From Clostridia bacterium (GTDB lineage: Bacteria; Bacillota; Clostridia; Oscillospirales; Acutalibacteraceae), in NCBI GenBank assembly GCA_017440005.1, contig JAFSIB010000071.1:2296-66295 (forward strand): DNA of 64,000 nt. Reading direction: 5' to 3'. A program made the position numbers and the translations under genes. The notes below the pieces were generated by a model. The model had not been told where the DNA came from. It saw only the letters and a list, made by a program, of their open reading frames with translations, and did no database searches. Positions 9,792 through 18,945 of the stretch are shown here, in pieces. Numbering within the stretch: the first letter of the stretch is position 1; each line of letters opens with the position of its first letter.

Positions 9792-10949
9792 ATGGAACTG
9801 ATAAAAGCGGCACTGCGGCAGATCACGCGCAAACGCGGGCGCACCTTGCTTACGATCGGCGGCATTGCGGTTGGTGTGATGATGGTGTCCAGTGTAACGG
9901 TGGTCAGTGCGGTTGGCCGTGATCTGGTGGATCGGGAACTGGACAGTATGGGCGTCAGCGGGTTATCGGTGATGGCGTTGACGCCGGATATGCTCCTCAG
10001 CGAACAGGCGCTTGACGAGATCCGTTCTCTGCCGCAGGTAACAACGGCAATGCCGTTGATGTTGCAGCTCACGGGTGTTTCGTCACCGCGCGGCAGTATG
10101 GAATCGGTATTGTGCGGGATCGATGCGGGCGCGGGACAGGTGATCTCGCTGTCTTTGCAACACGGGCGTATGATCACAAAAGGCGACGTTGCCGCCGCCA
10201 ATACGGTGTGTATGTTGGATGAAGCGGCGGCAGAAAAGGCGTTTGGCAGGAAAAACGTGGTGGGAAAAACCGTCACGGTGGAATTCGGCAATCGCAGTCA
10301 GGCGTTGACGGTGGTTGGTGTCACACAGACGGGCAGTAGTTTGCTGCAGAACGTAACGAGCATGATCCCCGGCATGGTGTATCTGCCGTATACCACGCAG
10401 CAGGAATTAACGGGACGGACGGAATTTGATCAGATTGCGGTACGCACCGTGGACGGTGATTCCACCGAGCGGGTGCAACAACGCATTGACCGAGTACTGG
10501 AGCGGTTGTACGAAACGCCGTCAGTATTCCGCACGGATGATCTTGCCATGCAAAAAGATCGTCTGACACGCATTGTGGACGTGGTTGCCGCGGTGCTTAC
10601 CGTGCTCAGCGGGGTATCGTTGGTGGTTTCGGGGTTTGGGATCATGACGGTGATGCTGTCCTCTGTCAGTGAGCGCACGCGGGAGATCGGTGTTAAAAAG
10701 GCCATCGGTGCCACACAAAGGCGTATTTTGGCGGAATTTTTAACGGAAGCGATCTTGTTGTCGGTGGCAGGCGCTTTGGTGGGGCTGATACCGGTGGCGA
10801 TCTTGCTTGTGATACTGAAAGCATCGGTTTCACCGTTTTTGTTTTTGGCGCTTACGGGGTTTGCCATGGTGATCGGCGCGGCGTTTGGCGTATACCCTGC
10901 TTACCGTGCTTCCAAACTTCCGCCGGTGGAAGCACTGCGCTGTGAATAA
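9792..10949 (+). CDS. ABC transporter permease, FtsX/MacB type
   Basis: N-terminal TM segment, large extracytoplasmic domain and C-terminal FtsX-like 3-TM bundle (REIGVKKAIGATQRRI). Confidence 0.85.
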   Translation: MELIKAALRQITRKRGRTLLTIGGIAVGVMMVSSVTVVSAVGRDLVDRELDSMGVSGLSVMALTPDMLLSEQALDEIRSLPQVTTAMPLMLQLTGVSSPRGSMESVLCGIDAGAGQVISLSLQHGRMITKGDVAAANTVCMLDEAAAEKAFGRKNVVGKTVTVEFGNRSQALTVVGVTQTGSSLLQNVTSMIPGMVYLPYTTQQELTGRTEFDQIAVRTVDGDSTERVQQRIDRVLERLYETPSVFRTDDLAMQKDRLTRIVDVVAAVLTVLSGVSLVVSGFGIMTVMLSSVSERTREIGVKKAIGATQRRILAEFLTEAILLSVAGALVGLIPVAILLVILKASVSPFLFLALTGFAMVIGAAFGVYPAYRASKLPPVEALRCE

Positions 10950-11028
10950 GTCTGAAAGAAAGACTTTTCACGACAGGGAAAGTGTGGTATACTGATAAAC
11001 AAGAAATCGTCCGGGCGGAGGTCTTGAC

Positions 11029-12312
11029 ATGAAGATAGAAAACAGACAACAAGGCAACGGTGTAAACAGTGTGGTGTTGTCGGATGATCGGTTTAAAACA
11101 ACACAGTTGACGGTATCGCTTTCGATGCCGCTTTGCAAGGAAACGGTGGAGGCGTATGCGTTGTTACCGCGCGTGTTGATCCGCGGATGCGCTGCGTATC
11201 CGGATTTTACGGCACTGCATCGGCATTTGAACCGCTTGTACGGCGCGTCGGTGTCGGGTGACGTGGTGCGTGTGGGTGAGATGCAAACACTGGTGCTGTC
11301 GGCAGAGTGCACGGGCGATCGCTATGCCATAAACGGCGAAAAACTTGCCGCCGCCTGCGCTGAATTGTTGGCGGAAATGCTGTTCCGTCCGGTGCTGGAA
11401 AACGGGGCTTTCCGCGCAGAAGACGTGGAAACCGAGCGGCGGTGCCTGGCGGAAGAGGTGCGTGCCGAGATCAATGAAAAACGGTTTTATGCACGGCGGC
11501 AGGCGGAACGCTTGTTGTGCCCGGAAGAAGCATACGGGATCGGCCGTTACGGCGTGGCGGAAAGGATTGAGCAATTAACACCGCAAACGGTGACCGCCGC
11601 GTGGAAACAGGTTCTCAAACAAGCAAAAGTTCAACTCATCCTGCAAGGAGAGGGGGACTTGTCTGCGGTGGAAGAAACATTCAATCGCGAATTTGCCGCC
11701 GTTTTTGACCGCGAACCGATTGCGTGTGTGACGGATACCGCCACGCGGGTCCCTACGTTCCGTCGGCAGGTGGAACGTATGGAAGTGGGACAATCCAAAC
11801 TGGTGATGGGTTTCCGCGCCGCTTGTGCCGAACCGGCAGACGGTGTTAACGCCGTGCGATTGATGAATGCCTTGTGGGGCGGTACGGCAACATCGCTGTT
11901 GTTTCGCAACGTACGGGAAAAACTGAGCTTGTGTTATTACTGTTCCTCGCTTTACGATCGGCTCAAAGGCGTTTTGTTTGTGCAAAGCGGTGTGGATGAA
12001 CCGAACGTGGAACGCGCCGAAAAAGAGATTTTGGCACAATTGGACATGATCCGAAACGGTGAGTTTACGGACGAGGATCTGGAAGCGGCGCGCCGCAGTA
12101 TTGTGCAGAGCTTTGAAGCGGTGAACGACTCGCAAAGTGCGCGGGCGGCGTGGTATATCGGACAGACGGGATTGGCCGACGTCTGTACGCCGGAAACCGC
12201 ACGGGACGCCATTGAAGCGGTCACCCGTGACGAGGTGATCCGCGCCGCACAAGGTGTAACGTATGAGTGTGCGTATTTGTTGGCGCAGAAAGGAGAGGCA
12301 ACCGATGAGTAA
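11029..12312 (+). CDS. M16-family (insulinase/pitrilysin-like) peptidase subunit lacking the HxxEH motif (probably non-catalytic)
   Basis: Two-domain M16 architecture with no HxxEH. Translationally coupled (ATGAGTAA overlap) to an HxxEH-bearing paralogue. Confidence 0.75.
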   Translation: MKIENRQQGNGVNSVVLSDDRFKTTQLTVSLSMPLCKETVEAYALLPRVLIRGCAAYPDFTALHRHLNRLYGASVSGDVVRVGEMQTLVLSAECTGDRYAINGEKLAAACAELLAEMLFRPVLENGAFRAEDVETERRCLAEEVRAEINEKRFYARRQAERLLCPEEAYGIGRYGVAERIEQLTPQTVTAAWKQVLKQAKVQLILQGEGDLSAVEETFNREFAAVFDREPIACVTDTATRVPTFRRQVERMEVGQSKLVMGFRAACAEPADGVNAVRLMNALWGGTATSLLFRNVREKLSLCYYCSSLYDRLKGVLFVQSGVDEPNVERAEKEILAQLDMIRNGEFTDEDLEAARRSIVQSFEAVNDSQSARAAWYIGQTGLADVCTPETARDAIEAVTRDEVIRAAQGVTYECAYLLAQKGEATDE

Positions 12313-13603
12313 TTGGCAAACGATCACTTGCAAACACACGGGTGAGCGGTGTTATTATTTGTTGCACCGTTCCGGGTTGCCGATCTACGTGTGGCCGAAA
12401 AAAGGGTATGCGTCTTCTTATGCGGTGTTTGCGACAAACTACGGTGCGATCGATACCGCGTACCGCGATGCGGAAACCGGCAAATCGGTGGAAGTGCCGG
12501 CGGGTATCGCGCATTATCTGGAACACAAATTGTTTGAAAACGAGGAATGTGACGCGTTTGAACGGTATGCCAAAACCGGTGCGAATGCCAACGCGTACAC
12601 CTCATTTGACCATACGGCGTATCTGTTTTCCTGTACACAGCAGGTAACGGAGTCGCTTGAGATCTTGCTGGACTTTGTGCAGGATCCGTATTTCACCGAA
12701 CAGACGGTGGAAAAAGAACGCGGGATCATCGGGCAGGAGATCCGCATGTGTGAGGATTCTCCGTCGCGCACGGTGTTTTGCAACCTGCTCACGGCGTTGT
12801 ATCACCGTCATCCGGTGCGGATCGACATTGCGGGAACGGTGGAATCGATTGCCGAGATCACGCCGGAATTGTTATACGGCTGTTATCACGGTTTTTACGA
12901 TCTGCACAACATGGTGTTGTCGGTGGCGGGCAACGTCACCTGCGAGCAGGTGGAAGAGGTGGCGGATCGGTTGCTCAAACCCGCTCACGGAAAAGTGCCC
13001 GCGCGCGTGCCGGTGGACGAACCGATAGCGGCGGCGCAATCGCGTATTGAAGTGCGCATGCCGGTTTCGGAACCGCTGTTTTACCTGGGGTATAAGGTGC
13101 CGCAGGATACGGCAAACGGGGTTCGGTTTGAGTCGGCGGCGGATACGGCAGCAGCCGACGTGTTGCAGGAATTGCTTGGCGGAAAAGGAAACGCGTTGTA
13201 TGCGGATCTGATGCGGCGTGGACTTATTAATGCGTCGTTCGAATTGGAATATTTTGACGGGCCCGGTTACGGCGTGTGGATCCTCGGCGGCGAGTCCGCC
13301 GATCCCGATGCGGTGTGCGTGGCATTCCGCGCAGAAGTGGCACGGCTGTGCCGCGAGGGAATCACGCAGGATGAATTTGAGGCGGCACGCAATGCCGTGT
13401 ACGGTCGGTTGGTTTCGCAACTGGACAACGTGGAAGCATGCGGCGATATGGTGATCGGTGCGCATTTGGCACAGCAATCGCCGTTTGCGGTACTTGACGA
13501 AGTGGCCGCTCTTGATATACAATCGGTGTATCGGCGCGTTGCTCACGATTTTAACGAAGAGGCGTCGGCGTTGTCACTTGTATTGCCGGTTGCGAAAGGA
13601 TGA
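12305..13603 (+). CDS. M16-family zinc peptidase (catalytic subunit)
   Basis: Inverted zinc motif HYLEH (AGIAHYLEHKLFE). ATG 12305 overlaps the upstream stop. Confidence 0.85.
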   Translation: MSNWQTITCKHTGERCYYLLHRSGLPIYVWPKKGYASSYAVFATNYGAIDTAYRDAETGKSVEVPAGIAHYLEHKLFENEECDAFERYAKTGANANAYTSFDHTAYLFSCTQQVTESLEILLDFVQDPYFTEQTVEKERGIIGQEIRMCEDSPSRTVFCNLLTALYHRHPVRIDIAGTVESIAEITPELLYGCYHGFYDLHNMVLSVAGNVTCEQVEEVADRLLKPAHGKVPARVPVDEPIAAAQSRIEVRMPVSEPLFYLGYKVPQDTANGVRFESAADTAAADVLQELLGGKGNALYADLMRRGLINASFELEYFDGPGYGVWILGGESADPDAVCVAFRAEVARLCREGITQDEFEAARNAVYGRLVSQLDNVEACGDMVIGAHLAQQSPFAVLDEVAALDIQSVYRRVAHDFNEEASALSLVLPVAKG

Positions 13604-14550
13604 GGAAAATGGATTCGTACGTTTCGTTTCCCAAACTGGGATGGACCATCCCGCTGAACGAAGAAATTTTGTCGATCCCGTTTTTTAAAACGGAGATCAG
13701 CATCAAATGGTATGGGGTGTTGATTGCCATCGGCTTTTTGCTGGCGGTCGTATATGCGATGCGCAATTACAAACGCTTTGATCTGCAAAAAGACCCCATG
13801 ATCGACGTGGTGCTGGTGTGTACGGTCATGGCGTTTATCGGCGCGCGGTTGTATTACGTGCTGTTTTCGGATCACCGTGCGGAATATTTTGAAAATCCGT
13901 TGTCGATCTTAGAGGTTTGGAACGGCGGTCTTGCCATTTACGGCGGCATCATCGGCGCGTTTGTGACGGCACTCTGGATGTGTCCGTTGCGCAAAGTGGA
14001 TACGTTGCGCATGTTTGACATTGCATCGATCGGGTTCTTCATCGGTCAGGCGATCGGCAGATGGGGTAACTTTTTCAATCAGGAAGCGTTCGGCGGCAAC
14101 ACGGAATTGCCGTGGGGCATGACGGGCAGTTGGATCTCCAGCACGGCGAACCCGACGAGCGGGTTTGACCACACGTTGCCGGTGCATCCCACGTTTTTGT
14201 ATGAATCGTTATGGTGTCTGCTCGGCTTTTTACTGTTACATATCGTGTCCAAAAAAGCGTATCGGTTCAAAGGTCAACTGTTTGCTTTGTATATTATGTG
14301 GTACGGGACCGGCCGGTTCTTCATTGAGTTGTTGCGCACCGACAGTCTGTACTTCTTTACCATGAAGGTGTCGTGCATTGTGGCGGTGTTGTCGGTGATC
14401 GGCGGCGCGGTGATGTATTTTGTGTTTAAAAACTTAGAAAACCGTTCGGCAAAAACACTTGTAGAGGATACCCCGACCATTCCGCTTGCAGAAGAAACGG
14501 AAGAGCCGGTTGCCGAAGAGAAGGAGGATACCGATGGCGAACAAGATTGA
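13600..14550 (+). CDS. lgt: Prolipoprotein diacylglyceryl transferase
   Basis: Lgt motifs [12 protein letters not shown] and [13 protein letters not shown]. An alternative start at ATG 13609 has better RBS spacing. Confidence 0.9.
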   Translation: MRKMDSYVSFPKLGWTIPLNEEILSIPFFKTEISIKWYGVLIAIGFLLAVVYAMRNYKRFDLQKDPMIDVVLVCTVMAFIGARLYYVLFSDHRAEYFENPLSILEVWNGGLAIYGGIIGAFVTALWMCPLRKVDTLRMFDIASIGFFIGQAIGRWGNFFNQEAFGGNTELPWGMTGSWISSTANPTSGFDHTLPVHPTFLYESLWCLLGFLLLHIVSKKAYRFKGQLFALYIMWYGTGRFFIELLRTDSLYFFTMKVSCIVAVLSVIGGAVMYFVFKNLENRSAKTLVEDTPTIPLAEETEEPVAEEKEDTDGEQD

Positions 14551-15382
14551 CGGGAAAGCCATTTCCGCCGCCGTGCGCCAAGATTTGGCGAAAGAGGTTG
14601 AACAACTAAAAGCGCGCGGCACGGTGCCGGGCCTCGCGGTTATCATTGTGGGCGATGATCCTGCTTCACGCGTGTACGTGAACAACAAGAAAAAGGGATG
14701 CGCTGAGATCGGCGTATATTCGGAAGAGATCGCCTTGCCTGCCGAAACCACGCAGGAAGAATTGCTGGCACACATTGAAGCGTTAAATGCACGCGAGGAC
14801 ATTGACGGCATTTTGTGTCAGTTGCCGTTGCCGTCGCATCTGGATGACAAGGCGGTCATTGCGGCAATCGCGCCGGAAAAGGATGTGGATGCGTTCCACG
14901 CGGCAAACGTGGGACACATTATGATCGGTGATTTTTCCTTTTTGCCGTGCACACCGGCAGGTGTGATGGAACTGTTACATCGCAGCGGCATTTCGGTGGA
15001 GGGCAAAGAGTGTGTAGTGATCGGGCGCAGTAACATTGTGGGTAAGCCCATGGCGATGTTGTTGTTGCACGAGAACGCTACCGTTACCATTTGCCATTCC
15101 CGTACCCGCGACTTAAAAGACGTGTGCCGCCGCGCAGACGTGTTGGTGGCGGCGGTCGGCAAAGCCAATTTTGTGACACCGGATATGGTAAAACCGGGAG
15201 CTACCGTGATCGACGTCGGCATGAACCGCAACGCAGAGGGCCGCTTGTGCGGTGACGTGGATCCGGCGGTGGACGAAGTGGCGGCATATCTGACACCCGT
15301 GCCGGGCGGCGTTGGCCCGATGACGATCGCGATGTTGCTCAAAAATACGGTGACCGCCGCCAAAAAACGCGCTGAAAAATAA
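14534..15382 (+). CDS. folD: Bifunctional methylenetetrahydrofolate dehydrogenase/cyclohydrolase
   Basis: [12 protein letters not shown]-terminus, [31 protein letters not shown] before ATG 14534. Confidence 0.95.
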   Translation: MANKIDGKAISAAVRQDLAKEVEQLKARGTVPGLAVIIVGDDPASRVYVNNKKKGCAEIGVYSEEIALPAETTQEELLAHIEALNAREDIDGILCQLPLPSHLDDKAVIAAIAPEKDVDAFHAANVGHIMIGDFSFLPCTPAGVMELLHRSGISVEGKECVVIGRSNIVGKPMAMLLLHENATVTICHSRTRDLKDVCRRADVLVAAVGKANFVTPDMVKPGATVIDVGMNRNAEGRLCGDVDPAVDEVAAYLTPVPGGVGPMTIAMLLKNTVTAAKKRAEK

Positions 15383-15390
15383 TCGAACAA

Positions 15391-15414
15391 AAAACGAACA
15401 AATTTTCGTTTTTT
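15391..15414 (+). terminator. Intrinsic terminator after folD
   Basis: AAAACGAA (15391-15398) pairs with TTCGTTTT (15405-15412), in a T-rich context. Confidence 0.55.
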
Positions 15415-15416
15415 AG

Positions 15417-15445
15417 TTGACAAACCTAAAATCGGATGTTACAAT
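15417..15445 (+). promoter_or_regulatory. Consensus-like sigma-A promoter
   Basis: TTGACA (15417-15422), 17-nt spacer, TACAAT (15440-15445). Confidence 0.55.
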
Positions 15446-15502
15446 ACCATTGAAAGAAACATTTGTTCGTATTTTTCCGAACAACAAAAAGGAGTTTTCA
15501 CA

Positions 15503-15853
15503 ATGGTATTCAGTGTAATAGCAGCGGCTGTTTTTGCAACGGCGGGTTTGTATATGATTACGGCGGCAAAGTTTACGGTAACACGGCGCATGGCGTGGAT
15601 TCCGTTATCGATGGCGGCAATGGAACTGGCGATGTGCGGCATTTTGGCAATGGGGGAATACCCGATCCTGACCGTCATTTTGATGGCGTGCCGCGCAACG
15701 GTGCTGACCTGTTGCTCGATCTCCATGAAGCGGGATGCTGCAATGGCGCGCAACCGCCGTCGCCGCCGCGAGGTATGGCGCCGTGTGGCGTACGATATGG
15801 CGGCAGAGGTACAGGCAAGACCTGCTCTTCGTGAAGTCAAGCGTTGTGCATAA
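15503..15853 (+). CDS. Small membrane protein with an arginine-rich C-terminus, function unknown
   Basis: AAAGGAG RBS. Three hydrophobic segments, then MARNRRRRREVWRR. Flanked by its own promoter and terminator. Confidence 0.5.
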   Translation: MVFSVIAAAVFATAGLYMITAAKFTVTRRMAWIPLSMAAMELAMCGILAMGEYPILTVILMACRATVLTCCSISMKRDAAMARNRRRRREVWRRVAYDMAAEVQARPALREVKRCA

Positions 15854-15869
15854 AATGAGTTTTTTGAAA

Positions 15870-15896
15870 CACCCGATGTGAAATCGGGTGTTTTTT
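15870..15896 (+). terminator. Intrinsic terminator
   Basis: CACCCGAT (15870-15877) pairs with ATCGGGTG (15883-15890), followed by T6. Confidence 0.8.
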
Positions 15897-15953
15897 CTTG
15901 CTTTTTCTGCAAAAACTATATATACTGGTGGCAATGCTTTTGGGGGCGATCGT

Positions 15954-16877
15954 GTGATTGAGAATTTTATCACCGTTGGCGGACAGGTGCTCATTCTGTT
16001 TGTGTTGGTAATTGTTGGATACGTGTTGGGGAAAACCAACGTCATAACGGAAAAAGGCGGCAAAGTGTGTTCTGACTTGGCGCTGTTGATTGCCACGCCG
16101 TGTGTGATCGTAATGTCGCTGCAACGGGAGTACAGTCCGCAGGTGCTGAAAAATCTGCTGATTGCGTTGCTGGCGGCATTCGGCGTGCATGCCGTTGCCG
16201 TTGTGATATCTCTTTTGGTGTACCGAAAAGACAATCCCACCACACGGGTGTACCGTGCATCTGCCGTGATGTCCAACGCCGGGTTTATGGGTTTGCCGCT
16301 TCAGCAGGCGGTACTGGGCGACGAAGGCGTGTTATACGGTGCGGCGTTTGTGGTTCTGATGAACATCACGCTGTGGAGTTACGGCATCATTCTGATGGAT
16401 AAACGCGGACAAAAACTTTCGGTCAAGCGGATGTTGTTTACCCCCGGTATGATCGGTGTGGCGGTTGGCCTTTTGCTGTTTGTGTGCCGTATCACCTTGC
16501 CGGATCTGATCGGCACGCCGGTGCGGCACTTAGCGGCGCTCAACACGCCGCTTCCCATGTTGTTTGCCGGTTATTATTTGTCGCGTATCGATATCGGCAA
16601 GGCGCTGCGGTCGCGCGCGATATACGGTGGGGTGCTGATGCGCCTGATCGTTGTGCCGATCATCTGCATTGCCGCCATTTACTTGTGCGGCGTGCGTGGG
16701 ACGTTGCTCGTTTCGATGGCAATTGCGGCAACGGCGCCTACGGCGGTGTCGGTCTCGATGTTTGCCGACCGCTATCAGCAGGACACCGAAACCGCCGTAA
16801 ATCTGGTGGCGATCGGTACGGTGTTCTCGGTGGTGACCATGCCGCTTTTGGTGGCTGTCGCTCAGTTAATCGCGTGA
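15954..16877 (+). CDS. AEC (auxin efflux carrier) family transporter
   Basis: The N-terminus VIENFITVGGQVLILFVLVIVGY resembles AEC family starts, and the protein has ~10 TM segments. The track start at 15888 lies inside the upstream terminator stem, so GTG 15954 is preferred. Confidence 0.75.
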   Translation: MIENFITVGGQVLILFVLVIVGYVLGKTNVITEKGGKVCSDLALLIATPCVIVMSLQREYSPQVLKNLLIALLAAFGVHAVAVVISLLVYRKDNPTTRVYRASAVMSNAGFMGLPLQQAVLGDEGVLYGAAFVVLMNITLWSYGIILMDKRGQKLSVKRMLFTPGMIGVAVGLLLFVCRITLPDLIGTPVRHLAALNTPLPMLFAGYYLSRIDIGKALRSRAIYGGVLMRLIVVPIICIAAIYLCGVRGTLLVSMAIAATAPTAVSVSMFADRYQQDTETAVNLVAIGTVFSVVTMPLLVAVAQLIA

Positions 16878-16902
16878 AGTTTCCTTTCTAAATATGGTGG
16901 TC

Positions 16903-16940
16903 AAGTGGTGCTTATTTTTGGGATAAGCACCACTTTTTGT
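16903..16940 (+). terminator. Intrinsic terminator
   Basis: 13-bp stem: AAGTGGTGCTTAT (16903-16915) pairs with ATAAGCACCACTT (16923-16935), followed by a T-run. Confidence 0.8.
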
Positions 16941-16976
16941 ATGCCCAAAAAAGTCTTGAAAAATCGCGTTTTGGGG

Positions 16977-17005
16977 TTGATTTTTTAAGGGAAAGGGAGT
17001 ATAAT
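16977..17005 (+). promoter_or_regulatory. dcw cluster promoter (P_mraZ)
   Basis: TTGATT (16977-16982), 17-nt spacer, TATAAT (17000-17005). Confidence 0.55.
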
Positions 17006-17014
17006 ATAGTCACT

Positions 17015-17040
17015 GTGGTGCGAAGTGGTGAAAAGTGGTG
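17015..17040 (+). promoter_or_regulatory. Putative MraZ operator: three direct GTGGTG repeats with 10-bp periodicity
   Basis: GTGGTG at 17015-17020, 17025-17030 and 17035-17040 (extended as AAGTGGTG), starting 10 nt downstream of the -10 box. Confidence 0.6.
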
Positions 17041-17097
17041 ACTTTCCACATTTTCCACCGAGTTTTCCACAATCTCACGAAAAGGAGGGAATACAGG

Positions 17098-17517
17098 ATG
17101 TTGTACGGACGGTTTCAACACTCGGTTGATGCCAAGGGTCGTATGTTTGTGCCCGCAAAGTTGCGTGACAAACTCGGCGGAACATTTATCGCGGCTGCGG
17201 TAATGGATCATTGTATCTGCCTGTATTCCATGGATGAGTGGGAGAAGTTGCAGGAGGGCCTGGCACAGAAACCGATGACGCAGGCGCGCAAACTGCAACG
17301 GTACTTATCGGCAAATGCTGAAGACGTGCAGGTGGATGCGCAGGGGCGTATCTTGTTGCCTAAGCACCTGCTTGCGTATGCGGGATTGGAAAAAGAGGCG
17401 CTCGTAATCGGCGCCGGCAACCGCGCAGAGGTTTGGAATCCTGCGGCGTATGAAGCGGATGTCGCCAGCATGACGGCGGAAGACGTTGAGGCGGAATTCG
17501 CCGAGTTGGGCTTCTGA
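17098..17517 (+). CDS. mraZ: Division/cell wall cluster transcriptional regulator MraZ
   Basis: MLYGRFQHSVDAKGRMFVPAKLR and a second SpoVT/AbrB-like repeat (DAQGRILLPKHL). AAAGGAGGG RBS before ATG 17098. Confidence 0.95.
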   Translation: MLYGRFQHSVDAKGRMFVPAKLRDKLGGTFIAAAVMDHCICLYSMDEWEKLQEGLAQKPMTQARKLQRYLSANAEDVQVDAQGRILLPKHLLAYAGLEKEALVIGAGNRAEVWNPAAYEADVASMTAEDVEAEFAELGF

Positions 17518-17518
17518 T

Positions 17519-18463
17519 ATGGCGGCGGTTGAACAGGGCGGATATCATCTGCCGGTTTTACTGAACGAAACGGTTGAAGCCTTACGCGTGTTGCCAAACG
17601 GTGTATACGTAGACGGCACGGCGGGCGGCGGAGGACATTCCCACGCCATTGCTTCACGGTTGGTTAAGGGACACTTGTTTTCGTTGGATCAGGATCCGGA
17701 TGCGATCGCACAAGCGGGTGCGCGGCTTGCGGGGCTGCCTGCCACGGTGGTGCGGCGGAATTTCCGATACATGGACGAAGTCTTGCGGGAGCAAGGAATC
17801 GATAAGGTTGACGGCGTGCTGTTGGATATCGGCGTTTCTTCGCATCAGTTGGATGAACCGGAACGCGGGTTTTCCTATCACACGGATGCACCGCTGGATA
17901 TGCGGATGAGCCAAGAGGGAACCTCGGCGGCAGATCTGGTGCGGGACCTGTCCGAAACGGAACTTGCCGACATTTTCTTCCGTTTCGGTGAAGAAAAGTT
18001 TTCGCGCAGGATCGCACAAGCGATCGTATCGGCGCGAACAGTAACCCCTATCACCACAACGTTGCAACTTGCGGAGATCATTAAGAATGCGGTTCCGGCG
18101 GCGGTACGCCGCGACGGGCATCCGGCACGCAAGGTGTTTCAGGCGTTGCGGATCGCTGTTAACGCCGAACTGGATTGCTTGTCGGAGGCGCTCGATATAG
18201 CGTTTGATCGTTTACAGGTTGGCGGCCGCTTAGCGGTCATCACCTTTCATTCTTTGGAAGATCGCATGGTAAAACAGCGGTTTTCGGAATTTTGCAAAGG
18301 GTGTGAATGCCCGCCGGAATTTCCGGTGTGTGTATGCGGGCGCACCCCTGCCGGACGGTTGGTCAACAAAAAACCGATTGAGGCATCCGCCGAAGAGTTG
18401 GCGGGAAACCCCCGCAGCCGCAGCGCGAAATTGCGGTGCATTGAGAAATTACACGAACGGTAA
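17519..18463 (+). CDS. rsmH: 16S rRNA (cytosine1402-N4)-methyltransferase
   Basis: HLPVLLNE, DGTAGGGGHS, DLGVSSHQLD-type motifs (LLDIGVSSHQLD) and FHSLEDR. Confidence 0.95.
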   Translation: MAAVEQGGYHLPVLLNETVEALRVLPNGVYVDGTAGGGGHSHAIASRLVKGHLFSLDQDPDAIAQAGARLAGLPATVVRRNFRYMDEVLREQGIDKVDGVLLDIGVSSHQLDEPERGFSYHTDAPLDMRMSQEGTSAADLVRDLSETELADIFFRFGEEKFSRRIAQAIVSARTVTPITTTLQLAEIIKNAVPAAVRRDGHPARKVFQALRIAVNAELDCLSEALDIAFDRLQVGGRLAVITFHSLEDRMVKQRFSEFCKGCECPPEFPVCVCGRTPAGRLVNKKPIEASAEELAGNPRSRSAKLRCIEKLHER

Positions 18464-18483
18464 ACGGAAAGGAGAGAGAAGTT

Positions 18484-18945
18484 ATGGCATCTTACGGATC
18501 GGAAGCGTATGATCTGTCCATGTATGAACCCAAAGCAAGACTTCGTGCTCTCCCCGGAAAGAAAGCGACCAAAGCCGATAAACGGCGCGCGCGGTTGCAG
18601 AAATTGCTCAACACGTTGGCAACGGTTTTGGTTTCTTCGGTTGTGTTGGTGGTCATTGCCACGATGATCTCCAGTCAGGTTCGCCTGACCGAGATGAACA
18701 GCGCCATCAGTCAAGCGGAAACGGCATATAACGAGGCGGTGGGTGAAACCAAACGTCTCGAAAGTGAGCTCGCCGCGCAAACATCTGCACAGAGTGTGGA
18801 AGAGTATGCGCAGAGTGCAGGGTTTCGTCAGGTAGAATCCGGCCAGATCGATTATATTACGGTCACCCCGATTACGCCGAAGGCGGAAGAGGATACGGGG
18901 CTTTGGGCAACGATTATAGGCGCCCTCAAGGCGTGGTTGCAATAA
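18484..18945 (+). CDS. ftsL: Cell division protein FtsL-like (septum formation initiator)
   Basis: Basic N-terminus, a single TM segment, a coiled-coil region, and the conserved position between rsmH and the PBP gene. Confidence 0.6.
   Translation: MASYGSEAYDLSMYEPKARLRALPGKKATKADKRRARLQKLLNTLATVLVSSVVLVVIATMISSQVRLTEMNSAISQAETAYNEAVGETKRLESELAAQTSAQSVEEYAQSAGFRQVESGQIDYITVTPITPKAEEDTGLWATIIGALKAWLQ

Noticed and set aside
15384-15484. Four CGAACAA / TTGTTCG heptamers, considered as a separate regulatory array
   Set aside because: Two copies are simply the arms and context of the folD terminator, and a 7-mer recurring in an AT-rich spacer is weak evidence. It is mentioned only under the mini-operon finding.
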